Assembly (NCBI GenBank): GCA_001627865.1
Contig: LUQO01000065.1
Location: 13,134 to 77,133, forward strand
Origin: SAR324 cluster bacterium REDSEA-S27_B3
GTDB taxonomy: Bacteria; SAR324; NAC60-12
Direction of reading: 5' to 3'
Length of the DNA: 64,000 nucleotides
Shown here: piece after piece, positions 49,213 to 59,910 of the stretch
Layout of the letters: each line of letters opens with the position of its first letter
Numbering within the stretch: position 1 is the first letter of the stretch
Notes under the pieces: model-generated
The model's database searches: none
What the model saw: only the letters and a program-made list of their open reading frames with translations
What the model was told of the DNA's origin: nothing
Program-made: the position numbers and the translations under genes

Positions 49213-50217
49213 ATGGCAGTTCAACTATTGAATGCTTTACTTGCCGTTGTATTGGCTATTGGAGTTTGCCTGCTTTATTTTGTCGGCACAAATTATCTGC
49301 TTGAACGTATTTTCTCTGATAAAAATTATTATTTCCCCAACAAAGACCGCTGGCACAGAGCAATCCAGCCCTGGTTATTTTTGACTCCGGCCCTGTTATT
49401 TCTCGTTGTTTATCTTGTATATCCGGTTTATGAAACAATCCGTTTAAGTTTCTTCAACTTTGGAGGTTTTGATTATGTTGGTTTCAAAAATTACATCTGG
49501 GCCTTTGAAAATCCTGAATTTCAGCAGGCAATTTTGAACAATCTGCTGTGGTTGGTGTTTGTGCCGATCCTGAGTGTGGTTTTTGGTTTGCTGTCTGCCT
49601 GGCTTGCTGACAAAGTCTGGTGGGGGACGATTGCCAAGTCATTGATTTTTATGCCAATGGCTATTTCGTTCGTAGGCGCAAGTGTAATATGGAAGTTTGT
49701 TTATGATTACAGGGGCCCTGATACGGATCAAATTGGTAGTTTAAACGCGTTTGTAATGCTGCTCGGTGGCGAACCACAAGCGTGGATCACACTTTCTTTC
49801 TGGAACAATTTTTTTCTGATGGTAATTTTAGTCTGGATTCAGACCGGCTTCGCGATGGTAATTTTCAGCGCGGCATTACGTGGAATTCCTGAAGAAACTC
49901 TTGAAGCAGCCCGAATTGACGGAGCAAGAGAAATACAGATTTTTTTAAGAATCATGATTCCTCAGATATTAGGGACCATCATGGTGGTCTGGACCACTAT
50001 AACCATAATAGTATTAAAAATATTTGACATTGTACTAGCTATGACCAATGGCCAGTGGAATACAGAGGTTTTGGCAAATTTGATGTTTGACTGGATGTTC
50101 CGAGGCGGTGGAGATTCCGGTCGAGGAAGTGTGATTGCTATGATGATCATGTTTGCGGTGATACCAATTATGGTCTGGAATATCCACAACTTCCGTCAGG
50201 AAGAGAAGGCAAGATGA
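49213..50217 (+). CDS. ABC sugar transporter permease (AglF/MalF-like)
   Basis: 334 aa, multi-TM, with the EAA loop EAARIDGAREIQIFLRIMIPQ. Confidence 0.9.
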   Translation: MAVQLLNALLAVVLAIGVCLLYFVGTNYLLERIFSDKNYYFPNKDRWHRAIQPWLFLTPALLFLVVYLVYPVYETIRLSFFNFGGFDYVGFKNYIWAFENPEFQQAILNNLLWLVFVPILSVVFGLLSAWLADKVWWGTIAKSLIFMPMAISFVGASVIWKFVYDYRGPDTDQIGSLNAFVMLLGGEPQAWITLSFWNNFFLMVILVWIQTGFAMVIFSAALRGIPEETLEAARIDGAREIQIFLRIMIPQILGTIMVVWTTITIIVLKIFDIVLAMTNGQWNTEVLANLMFDWMFRGGGDSGRGSVIAMMIMFAVIPIMVWNIHNFRQEEKAR

Positions 50218-51365
50218 TTAGTCTTTACAGGAAAACATTTAACTTTGGACAGATTCTTTCCTCAATGTTATTACTGTTTTTGGTACTGCTATGGATTATG
50301 CCGACTCTGGGTCTATTTATCAGTTCGTTCCGGGACAAAGATCAATTGGCGCTCACTGGCTGGTGGACCGCACTTTCAACTACTGAACGGAATGAATTCA
50401 GGAGGACCGGTACTCGGAAGGATCAAATCGAACGGGATGGAAAATATATTATTTCAGGAAATTTATTTAAAAAAGGAGGGAAAACAATCCAGACCTTCAG
50501 TACAAATTTCAGGAATTTGACTAAATATAAAGCAGGAGTAACAGCACAGTTCAAAGACGGAAGCCTTTTTATCCTGCATGAAAATGGTGAATATGAATGG
50601 GTCTCTAATCACCCTTTCAAGCACAAACGAGGTAAAAGGATCTTTTATGTGGCAAATGTTGCACCTGCTTTTTCACTGGACAATTATCGTGAAGTACTTG
50701 CTGCAGAAGGAGTTGGGCAATCGTTCATTAATACGCTTAGGGTTACCATACCTGCAACAGTAATTCCAATTATGATAGCCTCATTTGCAGCTTACGCCTT
50801 CGCCTGGATGGAATTCTCCGGAAGGCAATTTCTTTTTGTCAGTGTGGTAGGTTTACTGGTTGTACCACTCCAGATGTCATTGATTCCCTTGCTGAGCATG
50901 TACAATGAAATCGGAAAATTTTTCGGAGTTACAGCAAAATCATATCCCGGAATCTGGCTGGCACATACAGGCTTTGGCCTACCACTGGCGATTTATTTGC
51001 TTCGCAATTACATGGGGAGTTTGCCTCGAGAAATTATAGAATCTGCCAGAATAGACGGCGCGACGCATTTCCAGATATTTACGCGTCTTGTTCTTCCCTT
51101 GTCTGTTCCAGCCCTGGCTTCGTTTTGCATTTTTCAATTTTTATGGGTCTGGAACGATTTACTGGTAGCACTGGTTTTCCTTGGTAAAAAAGATGATGAA
51201 ATTGTGCTGACTTCCAAATTAAGAGAGCTGTTGGGTTCACGTGGTGATAACTGGGAAATATTAACCAGCAGCGCGTTCATTTCAATTATAATCCCATTGA
51301 TTGTGTTCTTTACACTCCAGCGTTACTTTGTGCGTGGATTGGTAACCGGTTCTGTTAAGTCGTGA
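50214..51365 (+). CDS. ABC sugar transporter permease (AglG/MalG-like) with an enlarged periplasmic loop
   Basis: 383 aa. EAA loop ESARIDGATHFQIFTRLVLP. An insertion of about 110 aa follows TM1. 4-nt overlap with the upstream permease. Confidence 0.9.
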   Translation: MISLYRKTFNFGQILSSMLLLFLVLLWIMPTLGLFISSFRDKDQLALTGWWTALSTTERNEFRRTGTRKDQIERDGKYIISGNLFKKGGKTIQTFSTNFRNLTKYKAGVTAQFKDGSLFILHENGEYEWVSNHPFKHKRGKRIFYVANVAPAFSLDNYREVLAAEGVGQSFINTLRVTIPATVIPIMIASFAAYAFAWMEFSGRQFLFVSVVGLLVVPLQMSLIPLLSMYNEIGKFFGVTAKSYPGIWLAHTGFGLPLAIYLLRNYMGSLPREIIESARIDGATHFQIFTRLVLPLSVPALASFCIFQFLWVWNDLLVALVFLGKKDDEIVLTSKLRELLGSRGDNWEILTSSAFISIIIPLIVFFTLQRYFVRGLVTGSVKS

Positions 51366-51420
51366 GCATGTACATTTCAATATTGACATTCAAATAAGCT
51401 ATCATACTTCATAATTAATC

Positions 51421-53103
51421 ATGAACTATGCACGTCACAGCCTGAATCGGACACGTTCTGAAAACTGGTGGAAATCAGCAGTTTTTTATCAAATTTATCC
51501 CAGAAGCTTTTACGACTCAAACAACGACGGTATCGGAGACTTGAATGGAGTGATCCAAAAACTGGATCATTTGAATGACGGGAAAGGTGGTGGCCTGGGA
51601 ATTGACGCAATTTGGCTTTCACCATTTTATCCTTCACCTCAAGTCGATTTTGGCTACGATGTTAGCAATTTTTGTGATGTTGATCCGGATTATGGAACGC
51701 TGGATGATTTTGACAAACTTGTGAGTGAGGCTCATAAGCGGGACATAATGCTGATTATAGACCTGGTTCTCAATCATACATCAGATCAGCATCACTGGTT
51801 TGCTGAGTCGAGGAAAAACCGCACGAATTCCAAAGCAGACTGGTACGTTTGGTATGATCCAGCACCGGACGGGAAACCTCCTAACAACTGGCTGGCTGTT
51901 TTTGGAGGACCGGCCTGGACTTTTGAACCACAACGGGAACAGTATTATTTGCACAATTTTTTACCGGAGCAGCCTGATTTGAATTGGTACAATCCGGAGG
52001 TACGTGATGCTCTGGCTGATGTAGTTCGATTCTGGATGAATCGCGGTACAGATGGGTTTCGTTTGGATACAGCAAACTATTATGCCTTTGATCGTCAGTT
52101 ACGTGATAATCCGAAACGTCAGGTAGGTTCTTATCCTCTTGAGGAAGAACAAGCGGCAAATCCTCTAAGCGCTTACATTACCAAATATTCAAAGGATCGT
52201 CCGGAGAATTTGGAGTTTATAAAGTTTCTTAGAAGTATTTTTGATGAGAAGGAAGTAATTACATCAATTGCTGAAATCGGCAGCGGTTCAGATCTGGATT
52301 CAACTATTAAGTTGGGCGCAGATTATGTTAAGCATAGTGATGGACTGCACATGGCCTACACATTTTCCATGCTGAGCAAAGAGATGAATGCTGAGTACTT
52401 TGATCATGTGATATGTGTAACTGAAGAAGCAATCGAGGACGGTTGGCCATGCTGGTCACTTAGTAATCATGATTGTACCAGAATGATGACCCGCTTCAAT
52501 TGTTCTGAAGAACGGGAAGGGTTTCAGCAGATGATGTTATTGTTGCTGCTTTCTTTAAGAGGAACACCAATTATTTATTATGGAGAAGAAGTTGATATGG
52601 AGCAGTACCAGATTTCAAAAAGTGAATTGAAGGATCCTCAGGGCATCCGTTTCTGGCCTGAGATAAGGGGTCGTGACGGTTGTCGGCTCCCTTTTCCGTG
52701 GGATTCCACAGCACCAAACCAAGGTTTCAATTCCGGAGCTGAACCATGGCTTCCGGCAAAAAACAATTTATCTCTTGATCAGGCCATAGCTGACAAAGGC
52801 AGCACTTTTCATGTGTTAAAGGAAATGCTGAAAATTCGCAAAGATAATTCTGCTCTTCAAAGAGGAGATTTCCGAAGGATATTGATTGATATAGAATGCT
52901 ATGTTTTTGAAAGAAAAACAAAAGATCAAACCATGATGATTGCAGCTAATTTTTCAACAGAAAAACAGATTATTAAATTACATTCAGCAGTAAAAACAGA
53001 CCTTACTCCTAAAGCTTTGAAACGATCTTGCAGCTTAAATAATAATCAACTTTCATTACCCGCATGCGGTTTTTTTTTAGGCGAAACACCAGGATCTCTA
53101 TAA
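51421..53103 (+). CDS. alpha-glucosidase / oligo-1,6-glucosidase (GH13)
   Basis: WWKSAVFYQIYPRSF, DLVLNHTS, GFRLDTANY, AEIGSG and SNHD correspond to GH13 conserved regions I-IV. No signal peptide. Confidence 0.92.
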   Translation: MNYARHSLNRTRSENWWKSAVFYQIYPRSFYDSNNDGIGDLNGVIQKLDHLNDGKGGGLGIDAIWLSPFYPSPQVDFGYDVSNFCDVDPDYGTLDDFDKLVSEAHKRDIMLIIDLVLNHTSDQHHWFAESRKNRTNSKADWYVWYDPAPDGKPPNNWLAVFGGPAWTFEPQREQYYLHNFLPEQPDLNWYNPEVRDALADVVRFWMNRGTDGFRLDTANYYAFDRQLRDNPKRQVGSYPLEEEQAANPLSAYITKYSKDRPENLEFIKFLRSIFDEKEVITSIAEIGSGSDLDSTIKLGADYVKHSDGLHMAYTFSMLSKEMNAEYFDHVICVTEEAIEDGWPCWSLSNHDCTRMMTRFNCSEEREGFQQMMLLLLLSLRGTPIIYYGEEVDMEQYQISKSELKDPQGIRFWPEIRGRDGCRLPFPWDSTAPNQGFNSGAEPWLPAKNNLSLDQAIADKGSTFHVLKEMLKIRKDNSALQRGDFRRILIDIECYVFERKTKDQTMMIAANFSTEKQIIKLHSAVKTDLTPKALKRSCSLNNNQLSLPACGFFLGETPGSL

Positions 53104-53220
53104 GAATTATATAATAAACAATAAACACCTGCTGCAAGCACTAAATGCAATTGATTCAAAAACAGCCTTCAAATTTAATTTCAAATCTTTAGAATCAGGG
53201 TGTGACTTTAAACCGACTGA

Positions 53221-54171
53221 TTAGGACGAGGGGTATTTTGAATGAATTGCTTCATCTTTTTTAACAAAATTTTCAGCCATACGAGCGGAGACTGCATCAA
53301 TCATGCGGCCGTCAAGGGAAGCAGCTCCTTTTCCAGATGCAGCAGCTTCCTCTAGTTTAGCAAGAATTCTTTTGGCATGATCAACTTCAACAGCAGTAGG
53401 TGAAAAGACAGAGTTTGCCAAGTCAATTTGTGATGGGTGAATAGCCCATTTACCTTCGTAACCTAAAGCAGAGGCTCTTTTAGCTGCTGTTTCAAGACCT
53501 TCCAGATCTTTGAAATCACCATAAGGCCCGTCAATTGGGCGCAGACCGTAAGCTCGGCAGGCTACCACCATGCGGGACATGGCATAGTGCCATTGATCTC
53601 CCGGGTAATCCGGATTCAAACCACCAATATCTACAGTGCGAGCCTGACAGCTTGCGGCATAATCTCCTGATCCAAAATGCATTGCTTCCAAACGCCTGCT
53701 TGATGCAGCGATTGCTTCAACATTTGACATACCAAGTGTTGTTTCAATAAGAGCTTCAATACCTAATGGTTCAGTAATACCGACTGCTTCTTCAATTTGA
53801 GTTAGCATTGCGTCCACCATGTAAATATCAGCCGGAACACCGACTTTCGGGACTAGAATAGTGTCTAAATGTTTTCCTGCCTGCTCAACAACTTCTACTA
53901 TATCCCGGTACATATAATGAGTGTCAATACCATTGATCCGGAAAGAGATGGTTTTCCCCCTTCCACGCCAGTCTATGTCATTGAGTGCTTCAATGATATT
54001 TTTTCTTGCCTGAAGCTTGTCTGAATATGCAACAGCATCTTCAAGGTCAAGAAAAACATAATCTGCATCACTTTTAAGAGCTTTTTCGAACATGCCTGGA
54101 TTCGAGCCGGGGACAGCCAATTCACTGCGTTGAAGACGCAGTCTTTCCACTTCGTATTTTGTGAAGCTCAT
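53221..54171 (-). CDS. HpcH/CitE-family acyl-CoA lyase (L-malyl-CoA/beta-methylmalyl-CoA or citramalyl-CoA lyase-like)
   Basis: 316 aa. AVPGSNPGMFEKA...DYVFLDLEDAV...ARKNIIEALNDIDW... closely follows the pattern I recall for Mcl-type lyases. Confidence 0.78.
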   Translation of the reverse strand: MSFTKYEVERLRLQRSELAVPGSNPGMFEKALKSDADYVFLDLEDAVAYSDKLQARKNIIEALNDIDWRGRGKTISFRINGIDTHYMYRDIVEVVEQAGKHLDTILVPKVGVPADIYMVDAMLTQIEEAVGITEPLGIEALIETTLGMSNVEAIAASSRRLEAMHFGSGDYAASCQARTVDIGGLNPDYPGDQWHYAMSRMVVACRAYGLRPIDGPYGDFKDLEGLETAAKRASALGYEGKWAIHPSQIDLANSVFSPTAVEVDHAKRILAKLEEAAASGKGAASLDGRMIDAVSARMAENFVKKDEAIHSKYPSS

Positions 54172-54519
54172 TATGTTGCTATACCATTAATGGAAGATTA
54201 TATAAAAAATATTGTGTTTCCTAAGAAGATTGAGGACACAATAGTTTTTAACTCTGAACAAATAAAACGTTAATTTTTGAATTTGCTTTGTTACTTACAT
54301 GTATCACGAATGATGTTGAAATGGAAATTAGCTCTGATGTTGACTAATATGATTTAGGATAAGTAAAGACCAGCAGGAGAATATAATGGTTTATCTCCAT
54401 CATATTTTCCCATCATCTCTGCTGTATGTACTAGCCCTTAAGAATCTAATTTCTGAGTTCTGAAACGTTTGTTTTGGACTTAAAGGTATTTACTCGGGAA
54501 AAAAATAAAATAACATTAT

Positions 54520-55656
54520 TCACCGGAAGCGTTGAGAAAGATCATCCTGTTCTTCACCAGTGCCCGGTATCCTGGAATTCATCCATTGCCTGAAAAGTGA
54601 TGCCCCTCCTTCAATAAGTCTTTCCAGGCGGTTCTGTTCGACTTCTGTCTTTATTTCTATTACTTCCCGTTCGTCAAGTTTACCGCACAAATAGTCATCG
54701 CTTGTCATGATTTCGTCAACCAATCCTTTCTCTTTTGCCTGCGCGGCCAGCCAGTATTCACCGGTTGCGATTTCCTCAATATCAACATCGGGGCGTCCTT
54801 CTTTAATCAATTTCTTAAATGCCTCATGAATAGCCGCGATGTCATCCTGCATTTTTTGTTTACCTTCTTTTGTAACTTTTGAAAAAGGTGTAATTGTACG
54901 TTTGTATTTTCCTGCGGTAAACAGGTGGTAGTCCACTTCATTCTTTTGCAGAACACGGTGGAAATTTGGAATTCCTGCAACAACACCTATTGATCCGATG
55001 ATAGCAAATGGAGCAGCAATAATTTTATCGGCAACAGCAGCCATCATGTATCCACCACTGGCCGCGACTGTATCCACACAGACAATACAGCGCAATCCAG
55101 CCTGCTTCAGTCTTTCTATCTGGGAACTGGCTAATCCGTATTGAGGCACTGCACCTCCGGGACTTGTAAGGCGAATTACTATTTCATCCGCAGGCTGAGC
55201 AATTTCCAAAAGAAATGAAATCTGATCTCGCAGATGTTCCACTTCCGCGGCCATAATGTTTCCGATAAAAGTGAGCACATAAACACAGTTTGAATGCTGT
55301 TTGAGAACTTCCTTGGTTTTCAATCCACGCTGCAATTTTTTGCGGATTGTTGTCACAGTTTTCGCGCTCTTTTCCTTATCTTTTTGTTTTTCCTCCTTGT
55401 CTTCCTTTTTTCTTGCTTTTTTTAATAACTTTGCAGCTTCTTTAGGTAAGAACTGCACAACATGAAGTTCTTTTTCAAGGCGTCTGAAATCATTTTCAAA
55501 GCGATGGTTCCAATGTCGAAAAGAGAGGTGTGGTTCCTTTTTATGGCGCTTTCGTCTGAAAAATATCAGTCTGATCACCAGTGCCAATCCGGCAAAGAGA
55601 AAGATAGTCACGCCGGCATTGTAAAATGACCAGTATTGTTCAATAAATTCATTCAT
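54520..55656 (-). CDS. sohB: S49-family inner-membrane peptidase (SohB-like)
   Basis: N-terminal TM segment and a charged Lys/Glu-rich linker. S49 core with VDTVAASGGYMMA (Ser nucleophile region). Confidence 0.8.
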   Translation of the reverse strand: MNEFIEQYWSFYNAGVTIFLFAGLALVIRLIFFRRKRHKKEPHLSFRHWNHRFENDFRRLEKELHVVQFLPKEAAKLLKKARKKEDKEEKQKDKEKSAKTVTTIRKKLQRGLKTKEVLKQHSNCVYVLTFIGNIMAAEVEHLRDQISFLLEIAQPADEIVIRLTSPGGAVPQYGLASSQIERLKQAGLRCIVCVDTVAASGGYMMAAVADKIIAAPFAIIGSIGVVAGIPNFHRVLQKNEVDYHLFTAGKYKRTITPFSKVTKEGKQKMQDDIAAIHEAFKKLIKEGRPDVDIEEIATGEYWLAAQAKEKGLVDEIMTSDDYLCGKLDEREVIEIKTEVEQNRLERLIEGGASLFRQWMNSRIPGTGEEQDDLSQRFR

Positions 55657-55761
55657 GTTGATTACTTATTTTATATGACAGTCATCCTTAGTTTGGAGGA
55701 TTGTTAGTGTTATGTTAGAATATGTGCTTTTTAATTAAAACATATTTATTAAATAATCTGC

Positions 55762-56979
55762 ATGTCAGTTACTGACTCAAAGATATACAGTACAATTATG
55801 CTGCTGAGCATTTGTTTCGCTCTTTCCGCATCCACCAGCAGTCTTAGCGTTTCAGCATCCTCATTGGTTGGTTTCCAGATTTCCGACAATAAAGCACTAG
55901 CAACATTGCCTCTTTCTTTGCATCTGATTGGAACAATGCTGGCAGGAATTCCGGCATCTCTGCTGATGAAACGCATAGGGAGGCGCTACGGTTTTATGAT
56001 TGGCACCGTAATCGGTACTGCCGGGGCGACATCTGCCGCCTTGTCAGTTATCTATTCAAACTTTCCTTTATTCTGCGTCAGCATATTTTGCCTTGGAGTT
56101 CTAAATGGGTTTTCTCATCTGTATCGATTTGCTGCGGTGGATGTTTCCAGCAATGAGTTTAAAACAAAAGCAGTTTCTTTTGTCATGCTTGGTGGAATTG
56201 CCGCCGGATTTATCGGTCCGGCAATTGCCTCAGAGGGAAAAGATCTTGTTGACAATGCGCAGTTTGCGGGAGGATACCTGTTTATAATTTTGTTATATCT
56301 TTTGATTTTTATGATTTTATTGTGGATAAGGCTCCCTCAACCAAGTGTTGCTGAACAAACCGGTGAGGCACGTCCATTGAAAGTAATTTTCAGGCAGCCG
56401 AAACTGATTATTGCTGTTCTTTCCGCAATGGTTGGTTATGCTGTAATGGCCATGATAATGACCGCAACTCCACTTGCCATGACAAATGGAAGCGGCTATC
56501 CTTTCAGTGACGCGGCCTTTGTTATCCAGTGGCATGCTTTTGGGATGTTTGCACCGTCATTTATCACAGGCACCCTCATCAAAAGATTTGGCTCAATACC
56601 AATTATATTTTCAGGGATATTGCTGATGTTTTTGTGTATTGTAATTAATGTTGCCGGGACAGAAAAAATAAATTACTGGCTGGCTTTGATGCTGTTGGGT
56701 GTGGGCTGGAATTTCATGTTTGTAGCCGGAACAACAATGGTCACTGAGACCTATCAACCCGCGGAAAAAGCCATTGTACAGGGAGTAAACGATTTCCTGG
56801 TTTTTGGCACCGCCGCAGCCAGCTCATTACTTTCCGGAATGCTGCAAACTTCATTTGGCTGGGAGACAGTTAATTTAAGCTCAGTTCCATTACTGGTAAT
56901 TGTCCTGATTGCTCTATTTTGGTATTACTGCATTATCAATCATGAAAAAGAAGGAAGTTTACTCACAGAATCTGTATGA
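55762..56979 (+). CDS. MFS transporter
   Basis: 405 aa with about 12 hydrophobic segments. MFS loop motif MKRIGRRYG after TM2. Confidence 0.8.
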   Translation: MSVTDSKIYSTIMLLSICFALSASTSSLSVSASSLVGFQISDNKALATLPLSLHLIGTMLAGIPASLLMKRIGRRYGFMIGTVIGTAGATSAALSVIYSNFPLFCVSIFCLGVLNGFSHLYRFAAVDVSSNEFKTKAVSFVMLGGIAAGFIGPAIASEGKDLVDNAQFAGGYLFIILLYLLIFMILLWIRLPQPSVAEQTGEARPLKVIFRQPKLIIAVLSAMVGYAVMAMIMTATPLAMTNGSGYPFSDAAFVIQWHAFGMFAPSFITGTLIKRFGSIPIIFSGILLMFLCIVINVAGTEKINYWLALMLLGVGWNFMFVAGTTMVTETYQPAEKAIVQGVNDFLVFGTAAASSLLSGMLQTSFGWETVNLSSVPLLVIVLIALFWYYCIINHEKEGSLLTESV

Positions 56980-57053
56980 AAAAAATAGTTTTAAACTATT
57001 ACGACTTGCAAAGAAAGGGGCACAGGATCTGAAAGCAGTTTACAGGCAGCTGC

Positions 57054-58145
57054 CTAATCTTCTTTCAACCAGCCCATTCCTCCACTCCATAAACGGAAAA
57101 TCAAACTTCCCTTATCTTTCTTTCCAACAACCTCTTCACCTTTCATCAACGAACCTACTATTTTCCCTTCGGTATCGTATTTAGTAATGTTCCAGTGTTT
57201 GTCCTTTTTGAATTCACCAGAAATTATTCTTCCATCCACAAACGTGTAAGTCCCCTGACCATCCTTTTTCCCATTTTTCCATTCTCCAACATACTTATCT
57301 CCATTAGGAAAGTTCATTGTGCCTATGCCATCAGATAACCCATTCTTTAACTCACCTTTGTAGATGCTGCCGTCGGCAAAAGTGCATATTCCCTTACCTT
57401 CCTTTATCCCTTCAATCCATTCCCCATCATATTTTTTCCCGTCAGGCAGACTCAGGATTCCAAGACCATCCGGGATTCCGTCCTTAAATTCTCCTACATA
57501 CCTGCCACCATTTGGGGCCCTGAGAGTTCCAATGCCGTTAGGTTTTCCATCTCGGATTTCTCCTTGAAATTTTTCATGTTTTTCCTCATTTCCCTCCTCA
57601 TACCAGCCCCATTTGCCAAATTCCTTGCGGAGAAACAAAACTCCCTTTTGTCTGCTTTTAACTTCAGCAATCACCTCCAGCATTTGTCCCGCGATCAAAG
57701 TGTTGGCCAGTTCTCTTACATTTCGGTTCAATTGATAAAATTCACATCCTAAACATTGATCAATTTCATTAAGCTGATTATTTGATTTTCTCCAGGTAAG
57801 TTTCAGTTGTGTATCATTACCATTTACCTTGATGTGCAGTTTGAAGACGTTTCCCACGTTCAGCAGCCGTTGTACATTCTGCATACATGATTCTTCTGCA
57901 CATTCGTTGAGTTCCTGCTGATTAAAATTGTTTTCCAGAACATAATCAGACTTCTCATTTGGAATGATCTGGAAGTGTTTTCCCAGTTCATCAGAAAGTG
58001 ATTTATGAAAAATTATCTTTATAGACTCTGAAAGATTGCCTTTTGAGGAAACAGGGAGGATAACGGTTTCCGTCAACTCAGATTTACTAAAAAGAGGAGA
58101 AGTAAAAAGAAAAAATGAGAGAGTAATGAAAAATATATATCTCAT
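57054..58145 (-). CDS. secreted MORN-repeat protein
   Basis: At least six MORN repeats (YVGEFKDGIPDGLG, YDGEWIEGIKEGKG, YKGELKNGLSDGIG, YVGEWKNGKKDGQG ...). I prefer the start at the ATG at 58145 (MRYIFFITLSFFLFTSPLFS signal, GGAAGG upstream) over 58238. Confidence 0.8.
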   Translation of the reverse strand: MRYIFFITLSFFLFTSPLFSKSELTETVILPVSSKGNLSESIKIIFHKSLSDELGKHFQIIPNEKSDYVLENNFNQQELNECAEESCMQNVQRLLNVGNVFKLHIKVNGNDTQLKLTWRKSNNQLNEIDQCLGCEFYQLNRNVRELANTLIAGQMLEVIAEVKSRQKGVLFLRKEFGKWGWYEEGNEEKHEKFQGEIRDGKPNGIGTLRAPNGGRYVGEFKDGIPDGLGILSLPDGKKYDGEWIEGIKEGKGICTFADGSIYKGELKNGLSDGIGTMNFPNGDKYVGEWKNGKKDGQGTYTFVDGRIISGEFKKDKHWNITKYDTEGKIVGSLMKGEEVVGKKDKGSLIFRLWSGGMGWLKED

Positions 58146-58432
58146 TTGCCTTCCAATTATTGGGATCCGGGGAAATTGAATTATCACATACAGAAACATA
58201 ATTGTAAAGAAAAAGAACAGGTTAAAAAATATTACCACAAGTTGGAATAGTGTTAAATTGTCAACTTGTAGAATGATTAGTTTGGTTCACCCTTTTAAAT
58301 CGTATTAGGTTATCTTATATAAACAACACAATTTGAGATGCAGTTTTGGAAAGTTAAGCTAACGGCCAATAACCTTGCACTTGACATCAAAAAAGTAAAT
58401 CCTATTGGAGAAAAAATAATTACTTATCCCTG

Positions 58433-59290
58433 ATGCCGGTAAACAAATCAGCTACTATAATTTCCTTTGCGATCATGTCCTTTTTGTTATTACCCTTGAT
58501 GGGTGATCCTGTTACTGCACAGCAAAAAAATCAAGGAAACTCACAATTGATTTCGGAATCAGAGAAAGATGATAATGCTGAAGATGAAGAATTTGAAGAT
58601 GATTTTGAAGACGAGTTTGAAGCAGCTGATGAGGAGATATTTGATCCACTCAGTGGATACAACAGCGTGATGACTGAATTCAATGACGGTTTTTATGTTT
58701 TTGTTCTTGATCCTGCAGCCCGGGGATATCGCTGGCTGCTTCCGGATACGGCACGACGGGGTGTAAAAAATTTCTTTCATAACCTGCTCTTCCCTCTAAG
58801 ATTTGTTAATAACGCCCTGCAGCTTAAACCAAATAATGCAGGCGAAGAGTTTCTTCGATTCATCATAAACAGTACAGTAGGGATTTTTGGAATCTGGGAT
58901 CCTGCAAAAGAATGGTTTGATTTAGAAGCACATGAAGAGGATTTTGGACAGACTCTTGGATACTATGGTGTAGGAGGAGGTTTCCATATTGTTTTGCCAT
59001 TTTTGGGTCCGTCAAATTTACGCGACATGTTCAGCCTGTATCCGGATCTGCAAATGGATCCTGTCAAACATGTTGAAAATCGGCTTTATAATTTTCCAAA
59101 ACAAGAAGGTGAATATCTTGGGGTTTCAAGGCAAACTCTTCAGCAAACAAATTTAATGCTGCTGAAAACTGTTAACCGTGAATCATTGCGTATTGGTCAA
59201 TATGCAAACCTGAAAAAAGACGCAATAGAACTGTACCCATTTTTAAGGGATGTCTATGAGCAGAACCGTGCCAAACTAATTAAGGAGTAA
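58433..59290 (+). CDS. mlaA: MlaA/VacJ-family outer-membrane lipid-transport protein
   Basis: DPLSGYNSVMTEFNDGFYVFVLDPAARGYRWLLPDTARRGVKNFFHNL is the MlaA core. It has a signal sequence but no lipobox Cys, and an acidic N-terminal tract. Confidence 0.85.
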   Translation: MPVNKSATIISFAIMSFLLLPLMGDPVTAQQKNQGNSQLISESEKDDNAEDEEFEDDFEDEFEAADEEIFDPLSGYNSVMTEFNDGFYVFVLDPAARGYRWLLPDTARRGVKNFFHNLLFPLRFVNNALQLKPNNAGEEFLRFIINSTVGIFGIWDPAKEWFDLEAHEEDFGQTLGYYGVGGGFHIVLPFLGPSNLRDMFSLYPDLQMDPVKHVENRLYNFPKQEGEYLGVSRQTLQQTNLMLLKTVNRESLRIGQYANLKKDAIELYPFLRDVYEQNRAKLIKE

Positions 59291-59292
59291 TA

Positions 59293-59910
59293 ATGCGAAC
59301 TTATCTTAAATATATAAACGGTAAATACATGATTTTTCTTTTGATGCTGTTTTTCTCTTCATCCAATTTATATGCTGATGAAGTAAGCGAAATCCGGGCA
59401 ATGACAAAAGAAAAAGTTGATGTGGTGATCAACATTCTCAAAGACAATAATCTGAGCAAGAATGAAAAAAAGGAAGGAATTTTAACAACCATTGACGAAC
59501 TCTTTGATTTCAGTTTGATGGCAAGGCTCAGTCTGGGTAAAAAACACTGGAAATCTCTCAGCAAATCGAAACGCAAAGAATTTTCAGAGCTTTTTGTGGA
59601 ACGTCTGAAGCTTTCTTATCTGGAGAAGCTTGATCTTTACACAGATGAAGAAGTTGTGGTAGATGAAGCAAAGCTCACAAAGAAAAACCGAGTTGAAGTA
59701 TTGACTTACCTTGTCACTAAGGATGATAAAAAAGAGATGACATACAAACTCTACAAATCAAAGAAAAAAGGCTGGATGGTTTATGATGTTGATATTCTTG
59801 GAGTGAGTATCGTACAGACTTATCGCTCTCAATTTTCCGGCATCCTGAAAAAAGAATCAATTGAGCAGTTGATGGAACGTATGCGTTCTGCCTCAGAGCT
59901 GGGGTCTTGA
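59293..59910 (+). CDS. mlaC: MlaC/Ttg2D-family periplasmic phospholipid-binding protein
   Basis: Signal peptide, then LGKKHWKSLSKSKRKEFSELFVERLKLSY...WMVYDVDILGVSIVQTYRSQF, the canonical MlaC pattern. Confidence 0.88.
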   Translation: MRTYLKYINGKYMIFLLMLFFSSSNLYADEVSEIRAMTKEKVDVVINILKDNNLSKNEKKEGILTTIDELFDFSLMARLSLGKKHWKSLSKSKRKEFSELFVERLKLSYLEKLDLYTDEEVVVDEAKLTKKNRVEVLTYLVTKDDKKEMTYKLYKSKKKGWMVYDVDILGVSIVQTYRSQFSGILKKESIEQLMERMRSASELGS

